From Chromatiales bacterium (lineage in GTDB: Bacteria; Pseudomonadota; Gammaproteobacteria; JAGRGH01), in contig JAGRGH010000037.1 of assembly GCA_020445605.1 (NCBI GenBank), positions 108,354 through 172,353 on the forward strand: a stretch of 64,000 nucleotides of DNA, written 5' to 3'. The notes beneath the pieces are model-generated. The model was not told the DNA's origin, did no database searches, and saw only the letters and a list, made by a program, of their open reading frames with translations. The position numbers and the translations under genes are program-made. This document shows, piece after piece, positions 1 through 11,968 of the stretch; the first letter of the stretch is position 1; each line of letters opens with the position of its first letter.

Positions 1-38
1 GCGGGTCTGATCGACCCCGCGGCCCGAACCGCCTCGCC

Positions 39-770
39 ATGAACGCCGACGGTCCCAGTAGTCACACGCCGCGCCGGATTCTCCTGAAGCTCAGCGGCGA
101 GGCCCTGGCCGGCGATGCCGCGAGCGGCATTGAACCCGGCAAACTCCACGACTTTGCCAGTGAGATTGCCGCGCTGGCGACCGACGGGCTGCAGATCGGG
201 CTGGTCGTCGGCGGCGGCAACCTGTTTCGCGGTGCCCAGCTTGCGCGCTCCGGGCTCGACCGTGTGACGGCCGATCACATGGGCATGCTGGCGACCGTCA
301 TGAATGCCCTGGCGCTGTCCGATCAGCTCAATCGCGTCGGCGCGCACGCCCGCGTCATGTCGGCACTGGCAATCGAGGGCGTTTGCGATCGCTATTCACG
401 GGCGCGTGCGCTGGAGGCACTCGATGCCGGCACCGTCGTGCTGTTCGCGGCAGGGACCGGCAACCCGTTCTTCACCACCGACACCGGCGCGGCGCTGCGC
501 GCGATCGAGATCGGCGCCGACCTCATGATCAAGGCGACCCAGGTCGACGGCGTATATTCGGCCGATCCACGCACCGACCCCACCGCGACCCGCTTCGACC
601 GCATCGGCTACAACGAGGCGATCCGGCGCGGACTGGGCTTCATGGACCTGGCGGCCATGGTGCTGGCGCGCGACCACGGGTTGCGCATCTGCGTGATGAA
701 TATCCACGAACGCGGCGCGCTTCGGCGTCTTGCCGCCGGCGAGCCGGTGGGCTCACTGATCGAAGCGTAA
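39..770 (+). CDS. pyrH: UMP kinase
   Basis: 243 aa. It has the amino-acid-kinase fold signature ([30 protein letters not shown]). It sits at the head of the conserved pyrH-frr-uppS-cdsA cluster. Confidence 0.95.
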   Translation: MNADGPSSHTPRRILLKLSGEALAGDAASGIEPGKLHDFASEIAALATDGLQIGLVVGGGNLFRGAQLARSGLDRVTADHMGMLATVMNALALSDQLNRVGAHARVMSALAIEGVCDRYSRARALEALDAGTVVLFAAGTGNPFFTTDTGAALRAIEIGADLMIKATQVDGVYSADPRTDPTATRFDRIGYNEAIRRGLGFMDLAAMVLARDHGLRICVMNIHERGALRRLAAGEPVGSLIEA

Positions 771-783
771 AGGGGACCGTCGA

Positions 784-1341
784 ATGATCGATGACATCAA
801 GAACGACGCCAGCGCGCGCATGCGCAAGAGTCTCGAGGCCCTGAAGGCCGAGCTCGCTAAGCTGCGTGCCGGCCGCGCGCACCCGAGCCTGCTCGAACAC
901 ATCACGGTCAGCTATTACGGCTCCGAGGTTCCGCTGAACCAGGCCGCGAACGTCCATGTCGAGGATGCGCGCACGCTGGCGGTGTCGGCCTGGGACAAGA
1001 CCATGGTGCAGGCCATCGAAAAGGCGATCATGACTTCGGATCTCGGCCTGAATCCGGCCACGGCCGGCACCGTGATCCGGGTGCCGCTGCCGCCGCTGAC
1101 CGAGGAGCGCCGCCGCGAGTTGATCAAGGTCGTGCGTCACGAGGGCGAGAACGCCCGGGTCGCGATTCGCAACATCCGCCGCGATGCCAATCACGGGCTC
1201 AAGGAACTCGTGAAGGAAAAGCTGATCTCTGAAGACGACGAGCGGCGCGGTCAGGAGATCGTGCAGAAGCTGACCGACAAGCATGTCGCCGAAGTCGACG
1301 AAATGCTGGCCGCGAAAGAAGACGATTTGATGCAGGTCTGA
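784..1341 (+). CDS. frr: ribosome recycling factor
   Basis: 185 aa. It has typical RRF sequence ([33 protein letters not shown]) and follows pyrH. Confidence 0.95.
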   Translation: MIDDIKNDASARMRKSLEALKAELAKLRAGRAHPSLLEHITVSYYGSEVPLNQAANVHVEDARTLAVSAWDKTMVQAIEKAIMTSDLGLNPATAGTVIRVPLPPLTEERRRELIKVVRHEGENARVAIRNIRRDANHGLKELVKEKLISEDDERRGQEIVQKLTDKHVAEVDEMLAAKEDDLMQV

Positions 1342-1352
1342 ACCACCCCGCC

Positions 1353-2141
1353 ATGACGCCCCCTGCCAACGCGCCCGTGACCCTCGCGGCGACACCGCCA
1401 CCGCAGCACAAGCTGCCGCGGCACGTCGCGATCATCATGGACGGCAACGGCCGGTGGGCCGAGCGGCGCGGCGCGCCGCGCAACTTGGGGCATCACGCCG
1501 GCGTGGAATCGGTGCGCCGGGTCGTCGAGCGCTGCGTGTCCGAGGGCATCGAGGCCCTGACCCTGTTCGCGTTCTCCAGTGAAAACTGGCGGCGTCCGCG
1601 CCGTGAGGTCAGCCTGCTGTTCGACCTGTTCGTTTCGGCCCTGGCCCGGCACGTCAAACGCCTGCACAACAACGGCGTGCGCCTGCGCGTGATCGGCGCC
1701 CGCGAGGCGCTGCCCGAAAAGCTGCAAAAGCGCATCGACGAAGCCGAGCAGTTGACCGCGAACAACGACCGCCTGACGCTCCAGGTCGCCGCGAACTACG
1801 GCGGACGCTGGGACATCGTCGCCGCGGCGCAGCATCTCGCCCGTGAGGTTGCCGCGGGCCGGCTCGATGCGGACGCCATCGACGAGCCGATGTTCGCGGG
1901 CGCGCTGAGTTTCCCCGGGCTGCCGGAGCCGGACCTGCTGATCCGCACCGGTGGCGAGCGACGCATCAGCAACTTTCTGCTCTGGCAGCTCGCCTACACG
2001 GAGCTGCACTTCACCGACGTGCTGTGGCCGGATTTCGACGAGAACGCGTTTTCGGACGCCCTCGAGGCGTTCCGGCGCCGGCAGCGCCGCTTCGGGCTGA
2101 CCGGCGAACAGATCGAGGCCCTGAAACACGGTCACGCCTGA
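1353..2141 (+). CDS. uppS: ditrans,polycis-undecaprenyl-diphosphate synthase
   Basis: 262 aa. It has cis-prenyltransferase motifs (HVAIIMDGNGRWA, FAFSSENWRRP, IRTGGERRISNFLLWQ). Confidence 0.93.
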   Translation: MTPPANAPVTLAATPPPQHKLPRHVAIIMDGNGRWAERRGAPRNLGHHAGVESVRRVVERCVSEGIEALTLFAFSSENWRRPRREVSLLFDLFVSALARHVKRLHNNGVRLRVIGAREALPEKLQKRIDEAEQLTANNDRLTLQVAANYGGRWDIVAAAQHLAREVAAGRLDADAIDEPMFAGALSFPGLPEPDLLIRTGGERRISNFLLWQLAYTELHFTDVLWPDFDENAFSDALEAFRRRQRRFGLTGEQIEALKHGHA

Positions 2142-2944
2142 TGCTGCGCGACCGCGTGCTGACCGCGCTCGCGCTGGCCGTTCCGCTGGTCTGGGTCACG
2201 CTGGCTGCGCCGCTGGCGGCGTTCACCTCCCTGATTGCACTGATCCTCGTTCTCGCGGCCTGGGAATGGGCGCGGCTGGCCGGTCTGCGCGGCGACGCGC
2301 AGCGCGCGGCCTACGTGGTGTGTGTCGCGATCGTCGGGGCCGCCGCGCTCGCCTGGCAGCAGCGGCGACCGGAACTGTGGGCGTGGCTGGGTCCGACGCT
2401 CGTTCTGTGGCTGCTCTTCACCCTTGCGCTTGGTCGACTTGGACGGATGGCAGCGCCGCTCAAGGCGGCGCTGGGCGTGGCCGTGCTCACTGGGGCGCTG
2501 CTTGCGACCACGAGCATTGCCGCAATCGAAGGTGGCCGGCGCTGGGTGCTGTGGATGTTCGTGCTGGTCTGGGTCGCCGATATCGCCGCGTACTTCGGCG
2601 GGCGTCGCTTCGGTCGCGTGCGGTTGGCGCCATCCATCAGTCCCGGCAAGACGCGTGAAGGACTTTATGCGGCACTTGTGGGCGGCGTGATTGCGGCGCT
2701 CGTCGCGAAACCCCTAGTTGCGCCCGAACATCCGGGCTTCGGCCCGTGGATCGGGCTTGCCATCGTGGTCGTGCTGATTTCGGTCGTTGGCGATCTCACC
2801 GAAAGCGCGTTCAAGCGCGCCGCTGGGCTCAAGGACAGCGGCGCGATCCTGCCCGGTCACGGTGGTGTCCTAGACCGCATCGACAGCGTGCTGGCCGCGG
2901 CGCCGGTCATGGCCGCCGGCGCGGCGCTCGCGGGGCTGCGGTGA
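2141..2944 (+). CDS. cdsA: phosphatidate cytidylyltransferase
   Basis: The track ORF 2024-2944 was trimmed to the ATG at 2141, which overlaps the uppS stop by 1 nt. The protein is polytopic with the CTP-transferase C-terminal motif ([28 protein letters not shown]). Confidence 0.88.
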   Translation: MLRDRVLTALALAVPLVWVTLAAPLAAFTSLIALILVLAAWEWARLAGLRGDAQRAAYVVCVAIVGAAALAWQQRRPELWAWLGPTLVLWLLFTLALGRLGRMAAPLKAALGVAVLTGALLATTSIAAIEGGRRWVLWMFVLVWVADIAAYFGGRRFGRVRLAPSISPGKTREGLYAALVGGVIAALVAKPLVAPEHPGFGPWIGLAIVVVLISVVGDLTESAFKRAAGLKDSGAILPGHGGVLDRIDSVLAAAPVMAAGAALAGLR

Positions 2945-4143
2945 GCCGCGGCCTAACGGTGCTCGGCGCGACCGGTTCGATCGGTCGCAGTACGCTGGAT
3001 GTCGTCAGCCGCAACCCCGACCGCTTCCACGTGCACGCGCTCACGGCGCATCGCGACGTGGACGGGCTTGCGGCGCTGTGCGAGCGATTTCGTCCGGCCG
3101 TGGCGGTCATCGGCCACGCCGAGGCGGCCGCCATGCTCGAGCGCAGGCTTGGGCTCGCCGGGCTGAAAACGCGCGTCGAATACGGCCACGAGCGTCTGGA
3201 GCGCGCCGCGGCGGCGGCCGAGGCACCGCTGGTCATGGCGGCCATCGTGGGTGCGGCTGGGCTGCTGCCTACGCTCGCGGCGGTGCGCGCCGGCAAGACC
3301 GTGCTGCTCGCGAACAAGGAGGCGCTGGTGATGTCCGGTCCGGTGTTCATGCGCGAGCAGGCCCGGTGCGGCGCGACCCTGCTGCCCATCGACTCCGAGC
3401 ACAACGCCGTATTCCAGTGTCTGCCGGCGAACTTTCGCGCCGGACAGACGCCAAACTCCGTACGGCGGATCCTGCTGACCGCCTCGGGCGGACCGTTTCG
3501 CGACTGGCCGGCACAGCGGCTGGCGCTCGCGACCCCTGAGCAGGCCTGCGCGCATCCGAACTGGAACATGGGACGCAAGATTTCGGTCGATTCGGCTACG
3601 CTGATGAATAAGGGGCTCGAGGTCATCGAGGCCGGGTATCTGTTTGCGCTGCCGGTTGAGCAGATCGAAGTCGTGATTCATCGCCAGAGTCTGATTCATT
3701 CGCTGGTCGAGTACGTCGACGGCTCGGTGCTGGCACAGCTCGGACAGCCCGACATGCGCACGCCCATCGCACACGCGATGGCATGGCCGGATCGCATGGA
3801 CTCCGGCGTCGGTCCGCTCGACCTCGCCGCTGCCGGCCGGCTGGACTTCGAGGCGCCGGACGTCGGCCGATTTCCGTGTCTGGCGCTGGCGCGTCAGGCC
3901 GCCGAGGCCGGGGGCAGTGCACCGGCCATGCTGAATGCCGCGAACGAGGTGGCCGTGAAACGATTCCTTGCCGGGGAACTTGCGTTCGATCGCATCCCGC
4001 TACTCATTTCCGACGTGATGGACAGTTTGTCCGTGACCCCGATCGATACGCTCGACGAGGTGCTGGCGGCCGATCGCGAGGCGCGCGAGTCGGCGGTGCG
4101 CTGGCGCGATGTGCCGCGCACGGCCGGCGGGGTGGCGACATGA
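2941..4143 (+). CDS. dxr: 1-deoxy-D-xylulose 5-phosphate reductoisomerase
   Basis: The track ORF was trimmed to the GTG at 2941 (GTGA overlap with the cdsA stop). It has the N-terminal NADPH motif [11 protein letters not shown] and core motifs ([25 protein letters not shown]). Confidence 0.92.
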   Translation: MSRGLTVLGATGSIGRSTLDVVSRNPDRFHVHALTAHRDVDGLAALCERFRPAVAVIGHAEAAAMLERRLGLAGLKTRVEYGHERLERAAAAAEAPLVMAAIVGAAGLLPTLAAVRAGKTVLLANKEALVMSGPVFMREQARCGATLLPIDSEHNAVFQCLPANFRAGQTPNSVRRILLTASGGPFRDWPAQRLALATPEQACAHPNWNMGRKISVDSATLMNKGLEVIEAGYLFALPVEQIEVVIHRQSLIHSLVEYVDGSVLAQLGQPDMRTPIAHAMAWPDRMDSGVGPLDLAAAGRLDFEAPDVGRFPCLALARQAAEAGGSAPAMLNAANEVAVKRFLAGELAFDRIPLLISDVMDSLSVTPIDTLDEVLAADREARESAVRWRDVPRTAGGVAT

Positions 4144-5507
4144 GCGGGGCGGTGGGTTCCATCGTCTGGTTCATCGTTGCGATCGGTGTGCTCGTGACCG
4201 TGCACGAATTCGGGCATTTCTGGGTCGCGCGACGCGCGGGCGTCAAGGTGCTGCGATTTTCGATCGGCTTCGGGCGCCCGCTATGGAAGCGCCGCTTCGG
4301 CGCGGATGGCTGGGAACTCGTAATCGCCGCGATCCCCCTCGGCGGCTACGTGAAAATGCTCGACGAACGCGAGGGTGCGGTCGCCGTTGCCGAGGTCGAT
4401 CGGGCGTTCAACCGCAAGTCGCTCGGCGCGCGCAGTGCGATCGTTGCGGCCGGCCCGATCGCGAACTTTCTGTTCGCGATCGCGGCCTTCTGGCTGCTGC
4501 TGGTCACCGGGGTGAGCGACGTGCGGCCGGTCATCGGCGGGGTGTCGCCGGATACGCCGGCCGAGCGCGCGGGGCTAGTGGCCGGTGACCAGATCATCGC
4601 CGTGGCCGGCGAGGCCACGCCGGGCTGGGAGTCCGTGCTGCTCGGGCTGGTGGCGGCATCGCTGGACGACAATCGCGTGACCCTGACCGTTCGCGACCCG
4701 CAGGGGCGCGAGGCCACGCGCTGGCTTGAGACCGGCGGGCTGGACCGGGTCATGGAACGCGGCGACATCCTATTCAATCTGGGTCTGCGCGGCGAACGGC
4801 CGGACCTGCCGGCCGCGGTCGGCGAGGTCATGCCCGACAGCGCCGCGCTGGCAGGGGGATTGCAGGCCGGCGATCGGGTCATCGCGGTCGACGGCCGGCC
4901 GATCGCGAACTGGTGGGACTGGGTCGATGTGATCGAACGCAGTCCGGGGCGCGCACTCGAGATGCGGGTGGCGCGCGGCGCTGACACGGTTGAACTCCGG
5001 GTGACCCCGCGTGCCGAGAATCAGGACGGCCGGTCCGTCGGCAAGGTCGGCGTGCGCCGGGCCGACGCCGAGATCCGCTTCGAGCCGAATACGGTCATCG
5101 TGCGGGAGGGGCCGGTCGACGCCATCGGTGGTGCGCTCGTGCGCACCTGGGACATGAGCGTGCTGACGGTGCGCATGCTCGGCAAGCTCGTGACCGGGCA
5201 GGCATCGCTGCGCGACAACCTCGCCGGACCGGTGACGATCGCGACCACGGCCGGCAAGGCCGCCGCCGCCGGTCTGGAACCCTACCTGAAGCTGCTTGCG
5301 CTGATCAGCATCAGCCTCGGCGTGCTGAACCTGCTGCCGATTCCCGTCCTTGACGGCGGGCATCTGCTGTATTTCATCGCCGAGGCGCTGCGCGGCCGGC
5401 CCCTGTCCGAAACGGTGCAGCTGCGCGGCCAGCAGCTCGGCATGCTGATTCTGCTGATGCTGATGAGCACGGCGCTGTACGTCGATCTGGAGCGGCTGTT
5501 GCGCTGA
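4140..5507 (+). CDS. rseP: RIP zinc metalloprotease (site-2 protease)
   Basis: The track ORF was trimmed to the ATG at 4140 (ATGA overlap with the dxr stop). It has the HEFGH zinc motif in TM1, PDZ-like middle regions, and the C-terminal motif [12 protein letters not shown]. Confidence 0.9.
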   Translation: MSGAVGSIVWFIVAIGVLVTVHEFGHFWVARRAGVKVLRFSIGFGRPLWKRRFGADGWELVIAAIPLGGYVKMLDEREGAVAVAEVDRAFNRKSLGARSAIVAAGPIANFLFAIAAFWLLLVTGVSDVRPVIGGVSPDTPAERAGLVAGDQIIAVAGEATPGWESVLLGLVAASLDDNRVTLTVRDPQGREATRWLETGGLDRVMERGDILFNLGLRGERPDLPAAVGEVMPDSAALAGGLQAGDRVIAVDGRPIANWWDWVDVIERSPGRALEMRVARGADTVELRVTPRAENQDGRSVGKVGVRRADAEIRFEPNTVIVREGPVDAIGGALVRTWDMSVLTVRMLGKLVTGQASLRDNLAGPVTIATTAGKAAAAGLEPYLKLLALISISLGVLNLLPIPVLDGGHLLYFIAEALRGRPLSETVQLRGQQLGMLILLMLMSTALYVDLERLLR

Positions 5508-5621
5508 CACCGGCCAGCGGCATCGGTTGCGTGGTTCTCAGCCCCGGTGTGCTCCCGTATACTGCGCCGACTTTGCCGCCGGCGACCGCCGAGCGCCGGA
5601 ACTGCAACCTGTATCCCAGTC

Positions 5622-7907
5622 GTGCCCGTTAGTCGTATCCCTGCGATCCTGATCCTGTATGTGCTGCTGGCGGCGACGCCGGCGCGCGCGGCGGATTTCG
5701 TGATCAGCGACATCCGCGTCGAGGGCCTGCAGCGGATTGCCCCCGGTACGGTGTTCAACTACCTGCCGCTGAAGGTCGGCGACGTGCTCGATCGCGCCGC
5801 CTCGCAGCGGGCCTTGCGCGCACTTTTCAAGACCGAGTTCTTCAACGACATTCGCTTCGAGCGCGAAGGCGACGTGCTGGTCGTCGTGGTCGACGAGCGT
5901 CCGTCGGTGTCGGAGATCACGATCACCGGCAACAAGAGCATCGAGTCGGCCGATCTGCTCACCGGGCTCAAGCAGACCGGGCTTGCAACGGGCAACGTAT
6001 TCAACCGGTCGCTGCTCGATCGCATCCAGCAGGAACTTCGCCAGGTCTACTTCTCGCGCGGTCGCTATGGCGTGTCGATCGACGCCACGGCCAAGCCGCT
6101 GTCACGCAATCGCGTCGAGGTCGTGATCGCCATCGACGAGGGCGAGGTGGCAACGATCGAGGGCATCAGCTTTGTCGGCAATCAGGTGTTCAAGGACAAG
6201 GAACTGCGCAAGCAGCTCGGGCTGTCCACCGGCGGCTGGCTGTCGTTCATCAGCAAGGACAACCAGTATTCCAAGCAGAAACTCAGCGCCGGCCTTGAGG
6301 CGCTGCGATCGTTCTATCTCGATCAGGGCTATCTGAACTTCAGGATCGATTCGGCACAGGTCACCATCACCCCGGACCGCCGCGGCATCTACGTGACCGT
6401 GAACATGACCGAGGGCGAGGTCTATCGCCTCGGCGAGGTGAAACTCGCCGGCAATCTGATCCTGCCCGAGGAAGAACTCGTCAAGCTGGTGTTCAGTTCG
6501 ACCGGCGACGTGTTTTCGCGGGCCAGGACCACGGCAACGACCACCGCGATCACCGAAAAGCTCGGCGATCAGGGCTATGCGTTTGCAAACGTGAACGCGA
6601 TTCCGGTCGTCGACGAGGCGGCGAAAACGGTCGCTTTGACCTACTACGTGGATCCGGGCAAGCGCGTGTATGTGCGTCAGGTTTCCGTCGCCGGCAACAC
6701 CAAGACCCGTGACGAGGTCGTGCGTCGCGAGGTTCGCCAGATGGAAGGCGCGCCTATATCCACGAAGCTGGTCAAACTCTCGCGCAGCCGTCTGCGTCGG
6801 CTGAACTATTTCGACGACGTCACGATTGAAACCCCGCCGGTCCCGGGCAGCCCGGACGAGGTTGATCTGAACGTCGGTGTCAAGGAAAAGCCCTCCGGCG
6901 TGCTGCTCGCCGGTATCGGCTTCTCGCAGTCGCAGGGCATCGTCCTCAACGGCTCCATCACGCAGGACAACTTCCTGGGCTCGGGCAAGCGCGTCACGCT
7001 TGCGGCTTCGAATTCGACTGCGGTGCGCAATTACCGGTTCGGCTATACGAACCCCTACTACACGATCGACGGCATCAGTCGCGGTTTCGACCTGCGCTAT
7101 CAGTCGACGAATGCCGACGACATCGATATCGCCGACTACACAACCGACGTGTCGTATGCCGGTGTCAACTTCGGACTGCCGCTGAATGAATTCGATTCGG
7201 TCCGGTTCACCCTGGGGTTCGAGCATTCGGCGATCTCCGCGGGTTCGGGTGCGTCGCAGGAGATCACCGACTACATCGACGAGAACGGTGATTCCTTTGC
7301 CGGTTTCAAGGCGACCGCTTCCTGGCGGCATGACACCCGTGACAGTGCGGTGTTTCCGACCCAGGGCGTGGAACAGCAGTTGGACGTCGAGGTCGGTCTG
7401 CCCGGCAGCGATATCGAGTTCTACAAGGTTCGCTATCGCCATAACTGGTTCCGTCCACTGATCGGCGACTACGTGCTGGTGCTCGGCGGCGACCTTGGCT
7501 ATGCCGATGTCTATGGCCAGGCCGAAGAGTTGCCGTTCTTCGAGAACTTCTTCGCCGGCGGCATTCGCTCGGTACGCGGGTTCGAGGACAACACCCTCGG
7601 GCCGCGCGATTCTCAGGACGACCCGCTGGGCGGTGCCTCGATGATCGTTGGCCGTGCCGAGGTGCAGTTCCCGGTTCCGTTCCGGCTCGATACCAAGAGT
7701 GCGCGTCTCGGTGTGTTTCTTGACGCAGGCGGAGTGTTCTCGCAAGATGCCAGCTTCGACACCGGTGAACTGCGCTATTCCACGGGCGTTTCGGCCCTGT
7801 GGCTTTCACCGCTTGGTGCACTGGCATTCAGTCTCGCACTGCCGCTGAACGCGGATGCGGATGACGATGCGCAGCCATTCCAGTTCACGTTTGGTAATAC
7901 GTTCTGA
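5622..7907 (+). CDS. bamA: outer membrane protein assembly factor BamA
   Basis: A GTG start at 5622 was chosen because it gives a signal peptide (...LLAATPARAADF). POTRA repeats (IRVEGLQR..., ISFVGNQVF, VSVAGNTKTRD) are followed by a C-terminal beta-barrel ending ...FQFTFGNTF. The start codon choice is uncertain. Confidence 0.9.
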   Translation: MPVSRIPAILILYVLLAATPARAADFVISDIRVEGLQRIAPGTVFNYLPLKVGDVLDRAASQRALRALFKTEFFNDIRFEREGDVLVVVVDERPSVSEITITGNKSIESADLLTGLKQTGLATGNVFNRSLLDRIQQELRQVYFSRGRYGVSIDATAKPLSRNRVEVVIAIDEGEVATIEGISFVGNQVFKDKELRKQLGLSTGGWLSFISKDNQYSKQKLSAGLEALRSFYLDQGYLNFRIDSAQVTITPDRRGIYVTVNMTEGEVYRLGEVKLAGNLILPEEELVKLVFSSTGDVFSRARTTATTTAITEKLGDQGYAFANVNAIPVVDEAAKTVALTYYVDPGKRVYVRQVSVAGNTKTRDEVVRREVRQMEGAPISTKLVKLSRSRLRRLNYFDDVTIETPPVPGSPDEVDLNVGVKEKPSGVLLAGIGFSQSQGIVLNGSITQDNFLGSGKRVTLAASNSTAVRNYRFGYTNPYYTIDGISRGFDLRYQSTNADDIDIADYTTDVSYAGVNFGLPLNEFDSVRFTLGFEHSAISAGSGASQEITDYIDENGDSFAGFKATASWRHDTRDSAVFPTQGVEQQLDVEVGLPGSDIEFYKVRYRHNWFRPLIGDYVLVLGGDLGYADVYGQAEELPFFENFFAGGIRSVRGFEDNTLGPRDSQDDPLGGASMIVGRAEVQFPVPFRLDTKSARLGVFLDAGGVFSQDASFDTGELRYSTGVSALWLSPLGALAFSLALPLNADADDDAQPFQFTFGNTF

Positions 7908-7929
7908 TCGCGGGAGGCAGGCGTTTCAA

Positions 7930-8448
7930 ATGATCGCTAAATCGGCGTTTCGGGCATGGGTTGTCTTCGCAGCAGTGGTCTGGTCGGCCGGTGCTGCCGC
8001 GGCGAAGGTGGGTTACGTCAATCTCTCAGACGTGTTGGAGAAATCCCCGCAGGCCGAATCGGCCAGCAAGGATCTCGAGAAGGAATTCCGTCCGCGCGAC
8101 GAGGCGATCGTAAATGCGCAGAAGCGCCTGAAAGCGCTCGAAGAGAAACTCAATCGCGACGGCGCAATCATGAGCGAATCCGAGCGTCGCCAGCTCGAGC
8201 GCGACGTTCATGCGAAAAAGCGTGAAATCAAGCGGGATCAGGACGTGTTCCGCGAGGACTTCAATTTCCGGCGCAACGAGATTCTCGGTCAGCTGCAAAA
8301 GCAGATCGTCGAGGTCGTGCGTGCCCTTGCCAAGGAACAGGCCTACGACCTGATCCTGATCGATGGCGTGCTGTACGCAAACGATCAGGTCGACCTGACC
8401 GACACCGTACTGAAGCGCCTGAATTCCAACACCGGCGGCAAGTCCTAG
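7930..8448 (+). CDS. skp: periplasmic chaperone Skp/OmpH
   Basis: Trimmed to the ATG at 7930. It has a signal peptide followed by a charged coiled-coil-rich body. Its position between bamA and lpxD is conserved. Confidence 0.8.
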   Translation: MIAKSAFRAWVVFAAVVWSAGAAAAKVGYVNLSDVLEKSPQAESASKDLEKEFRPRDEAIVNAQKRLKALEEKLNRDGAIMSESERRQLERDVHAKKREIKRDQDVFREDFNFRRNEILGQLQKQIVEVVRALAKEQAYDLILIDGVLYANDQVDLTDTVLKRLNSNTGGKS

Positions 8449-8481
8449 GCGGACGCCGGCGATCCGCGCGGGCCTCTAGCC

Positions 8482-9528
8482 TTGTCGGCGGGTTTGCGAC
8501 TCGGCGATATCGCCGCCGCCACGGGCGCCGAACTTCGCGGTGATCCGGACCTGCGCGTAACCGGCGTCGGTTCGCTCGAGGCCGCGGGCCCGGACCGGCT
8601 CAGTTTTCTGGCCGACAAGCGATTGCGCGAGCGGCTTGCCCAGACCCGCGCCGCCGCCGTGATCCTGCGCGAGGCCGATGCCGCGGCCTGTCCCGTCGCC
8701 GCGCTGATCAGCGACGATCCGCACTACACCTACGCCCGCGCGGCGCGTCTGCTGCATCCCCTGCCACCCTTGCGCGCCGGCGTTGCAACCGGGGCGGTGG
8801 TCGATGCAAGCGCCGAGATCGATCCGAGTGCCGAAATCGGCGCAAACGCCGTGGTGGGTGCCCGCACCCGGATCGGCGCGCGCGTCCATGTCGGCGCCGG
8901 CTCAGTGATCGGGGCCGATGTCAGCATCGGCGACGACTCGCGGCTGGTCGCGCGCGTGACCCTGTGCGACGGCGTGCGCATTGGCCGGCGCTGCCTGATT
9001 CAGCCCGGCGCGGTGATCGGTGGTGACGGCTTCGGGCTGGCGATGCATGACGGGCAGTGGACGCCGGTGCCACAGGTCGGCACGGTCGTGATCGGCGATG
9101 ACTGCCAGATCGGCGCCAACTCCACGGTCGACCGTGGCGCACTCGCCGATACCGTGCTTGAGGACAACGTCCAGATCGACAATCTCGTGCAGATCGGACA
9201 CAACTGTCGGATTGGCGCGCATACTGCGATGGCCTCTCTGGTGGGGATTGCCGGTTCCACGACAGTTGGGCGGTACTGTTTGCTGGCTGGTCAGGTCGGT
9301 GTCAACGGACACGTCACGATCGGCGACCGCGTCGAGGCGATGGGTAAGGCCGCCATCTTTTCCGATCTGCCGGAGCCCGGCCGCTACTCGAGCACCTTCC
9401 CGGTGATGCCGCACCGCCGTTGGCAGCGCGTGATGGCGGGCCTACGCAACATCGACAAACTGCTTGACCGGGTGCGGGTGCTTGAACGCCGACTCGGCGT
9501 GAAAAACGATCGTTCAACGGATGAGTGA
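8482..9528 (+). CDS. lpxD: UDP-3-O-acylglucosamine N-acyltransferase
   Basis: 348 aa with a TTG start. It contains left-handed beta-helix hexapeptide repeats and sits in the conserved skp-lpxD-fabZ-lpxA context. Confidence 0.92.
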   Translation: MSAGLRLGDIAAATGAELRGDPDLRVTGVGSLEAAGPDRLSFLADKRLRERLAQTRAAAVILREADAAACPVAALISDDPHYTYARAARLLHPLPPLRAGVATGAVVDASAEIDPSAEIGANAVVGARTRIGARVHVGAGSVIGADVSIGDDSRLVARVTLCDGVRIGRRCLIQPGAVIGGDGFGLAMHDGQWTPVPQVGTVVIGDDCQIGANSTVDRGALADTVLEDNVQIDNLVQIGHNCRIGAHTAMASLVGIAGSTTVGRYCLLAGQVGVNGHVTIGDRVEAMGKAAIFSDLPEPGRYSSTFPVMPHRRWQRVMAGLRNIDKLLDRVRVLERRLGVKNDRSTDE

Positions 9529-9592
9529 GCGCGGGTGCGGCAGGGCTTTGCGCCGCATAGACCGCTCGCGCGTCATTGTGTAGGCTGGCGCC

Positions 9593-10036
9593 ATGAATAT
9601 CGACGAGATCAAGAAACGTCTGCCGCATCGCTATCCGTTTTTGCTCGTCGACCGGGTGCTGGAGGTCGAGACCGGAAAGCGCATACTCGCGCTGAAGAAC
9701 GTCACGGCGAACGAGCCGTTTTTCCCCGGACATTTTCCGCAGCAGCCGGTGATGCCCGGCGTGCTGATCGTCGAAGCCCTGGCCCAGGCCACCGGGCTGC
9801 TGGCCTCGGAGACCATCGCACCCGAGGGTCTTGAGGACGGCGCGCTCTATTACTTCGTCGGCATCGACAAGGCGCGGTTCAAGCGCCCGGTGCGCCCCGG
9901 TGATCAACTCATGCTCGAGGCCGAACTGATCGGCCGCCGCCAGGGCATCTGGCGGTTTTCCACCCGTGCGCTGGTCGACGGCAAGCTCGTGGCCAGTGCC
10001 GAAATCATGTGCACGCGCCGGGAACTCAGTAGTTGA
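9593..10036 (+). CDS. fabZ: 3-hydroxyacyl-ACP dehydratase
   Basis: 147 aa. It has the hot-dog fold signature ([31 protein letters not shown]). Confidence 0.95.
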   Translation: MNIDEIKKRLPHRYPFLLVDRVLEVETGKRILALKNVTANEPFFPGHFPQQPVMPGVLIVEALAQATGLLASETIAPEGLEDGALYYFVGIDKARFKRPVRPGDQLMLEAELIGRRQGIWRFSTRALVDGKLVASAEIMCTRRELSS

Positions 10037-10803
10037 TCGATCCGCGCGCCGTCATCGACCCGGCCGCGGAACTCGACACTGAGGTAGAAGTCGGGCCCTT
10101 CGCGATCATAGGCCCCGGTGTGCAGATTGCCGCCGGTGCCCGAATCGGTCCACATGCCGTTCTCAAGGGGCCGACGACGATCGGCCCGCGTACCCATGTC
10201 TACCAGTTTGCCAGCGTCGGCGAAGCCCCCCAGGACAAGAAGTATGCCGGTGAGCCGACGCGGCTGGAGATCGGTGCGGACAATGTGATCCGCGAGTTCG
10301 CGACCCTGCACCGCGGCACCGCCCAGGATTCCGGTCTCACCCGCGTTGGCGATCGCAATCTGCTGATGGCCTACACCCACGTCGCGCACGACTGCATCAT
10401 CGGCAACGACACGATTCTCGCCAATGCCGCCTCCATGGCCGGGCACGTCGCGATCGGCGACTTTGCGATCCTCGGCGGCTTCACGATCGTGCACCAGTTC
10501 GCCTGCATCGGCGCGCATGCCTTCTGTCAGATGGGCAGTGTGGTCACGCGGGACGTGCCGCCCTACGTGCTGGTTGGCGGACATCCGGCCGAACCGCACG
10601 GCATCAACAGCGAAGGCCTGCGCCGTCGCGGGTTCAGCGACGACGCCACCCAGCGCCTGCGCCGCGCCTACAAGCTGCTGTACAAGTCCGGACTGCGCGT
10701 GACCGAGGCGCTGGTCGAAATGGAAGGCCCGCAGGTCATTTGTCCCGAGGTCGAGCATCTGCGCAGTTTCGTGCGCGATTCGCGGCGCGGGATCCTGCGC
10801 TGA
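10033..10803 (+). CDS. lpxA: acyl-ACP--UDP-N-acetylglucosamine O-acyltransferase
   Basis: 256 aa. It has hexapeptide repeats plus the LpxA C-terminal helical domain. There is a 4-nt overlap with fabZ. Confidence 0.95.
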   Translation: MIDPRAVIDPAAELDTEVEVGPFAIIGPGVQIAAGARIGPHAVLKGPTTIGPRTHVYQFASVGEAPQDKKYAGEPTRLEIGADNVIREFATLHRGTAQDSGLTRVGDRNLLMAYTHVAHDCIIGNDTILANAASMAGHVAIGDFAILGGFTIVHQFACIGAHAFCQMGSVVTRDVPPYVLVGGHPAEPHGINSEGLRRRGFSDDATQRLRRAYKLLYKSGLRVTEALVEMEGPQVICPEVEHLRSFVRDSRRGILR

Positions 10804-10813
10804 CGTCGCGGGT

Positions 10814-11968
10814 TTGGCACTGCGGGTAGCGATCGTCGCCGGCGAGCCGTCCGGCGACCGTCTGGCAGCCGGACTGCTGCGCGCGCTGCGCGAGCGGGTG
10901 GGCGCGATCGAGGCGATCGGTGTCGGTGGTCCGAAGCTGATGGCCGAGGGTCTAGAGTCGGTGTTTCCGATGGAACACCTCTCGCACATCGGGCTTAGCG
11001 AAGTGCTGCACCGCATCCCGGCGCTGCTGCGTGCGCGCCGACGGCTGGCGCGCAAGCTGATCGCGGCGCACCCGGCGGTGTTTGTTGGGGTCGATTCGCC
11101 CGATTTCAATCTCGGACTCGAACAGCGTCTGCGCGACGCAGGCGTGCCGACCGTGCACTACGTAAGCCCCACGATCTGGGCGTGGCGCGCGGGCCGGGTG
11201 CATACCCTGCGCCGGGCCGCCGATCGCGTGCTGTGCATCTTTCCGTTCGAGCCGGCGCTGCTTGCACCACACGGCATCGACGCACGCTATGTCGGTCATC
11301 CGCTCGCCGAGGAGATGGCGCGCGCGCCGACCCGCGCGGCCGCGCGCGCCGGGTTCGGCCTGAACGACGAGGCGGTCATTGCACTGCTGCCTGGCAGCCG
11401 CGGCGGCGAGATCGAGCGGCTTGGCGGGCTGTTCGTCGACACGGCGCGCTGGTGCGCCGATCGTCGCGACGGCTTGGTGTTCCTGCTCGGTGCCGCGAAT
11501 GCCGCGCACGCTGAGCGTCTGCGCGAGTTGATCGGGGCGCGCGCGGCGAACGTGCGAATCGTGGCCGCAACGGGTCAGGCGCGTGCCGCCATGGCAGCCG
11601 CGGACGTCGTGTTGAGCAAGTCCGGCACGACCACGCTCGAGACCATGCTGGCTGGCCGACCGATGGTCGTGGCCTACCGGGTGAGCCTGGTTTCGCAATG
11701 GATCGCGCAGATCGGTCGACTGATCAAGACGCCTTACTTTGCGCTGCCCAACATCCTCGCCGGCGAACGGCTGGTGCCGGAATTCGTGCAGGCCGATGCG
11801 ACGCCTGAACATCTGGGCACGGCGCTGTTCGACTGGCTGGATCGGCCCGCGGCAGTGGCCACGCTGCGCGAGCGTTTTTCCGCGATCTCCGCCGATCTGC
11901 GTCGCGACGCGGATCAGGAGGCGGCCGACGCCGTCGCGGGGCTGATCGCGCAGCGCGCGGCGCCATGA
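10814..11968 (+). CDS. lpxB: lipid-A-disaccharide synthase
   Basis: 384 aa with a TTG start. It has the N-terminal motif [11 protein letters not shown] and follows lpxA. Confidence 0.9.
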   Translation: MALRVAIVAGEPSGDRLAAGLLRALRERVGAIEAIGVGGPKLMAEGLESVFPMEHLSHIGLSEVLHRIPALLRARRRLARKLIAAHPAVFVGVDSPDFNLGLEQRLRDAGVPTVHYVSPTIWAWRAGRVHTLRRAADRVLCIFPFEPALLAPHGIDARYVGHPLAEEMARAPTRAAARAGFGLNDEAVIALLPGSRGGEIERLGGLFVDTARWCADRRDGLVFLLGAANAAHAERLRELIGARAANVRIVAATGQARAAMAAADVVLSKSGTTTLETMLAGRPMVVAYRVSLVSQWIAQIGRLIKTPYFALPNILAGERLVPEFVQADATPEHLGTALFDWLDRPAAVATLRERFSAISADLRRDADQEAADAVAGLIAQRAAP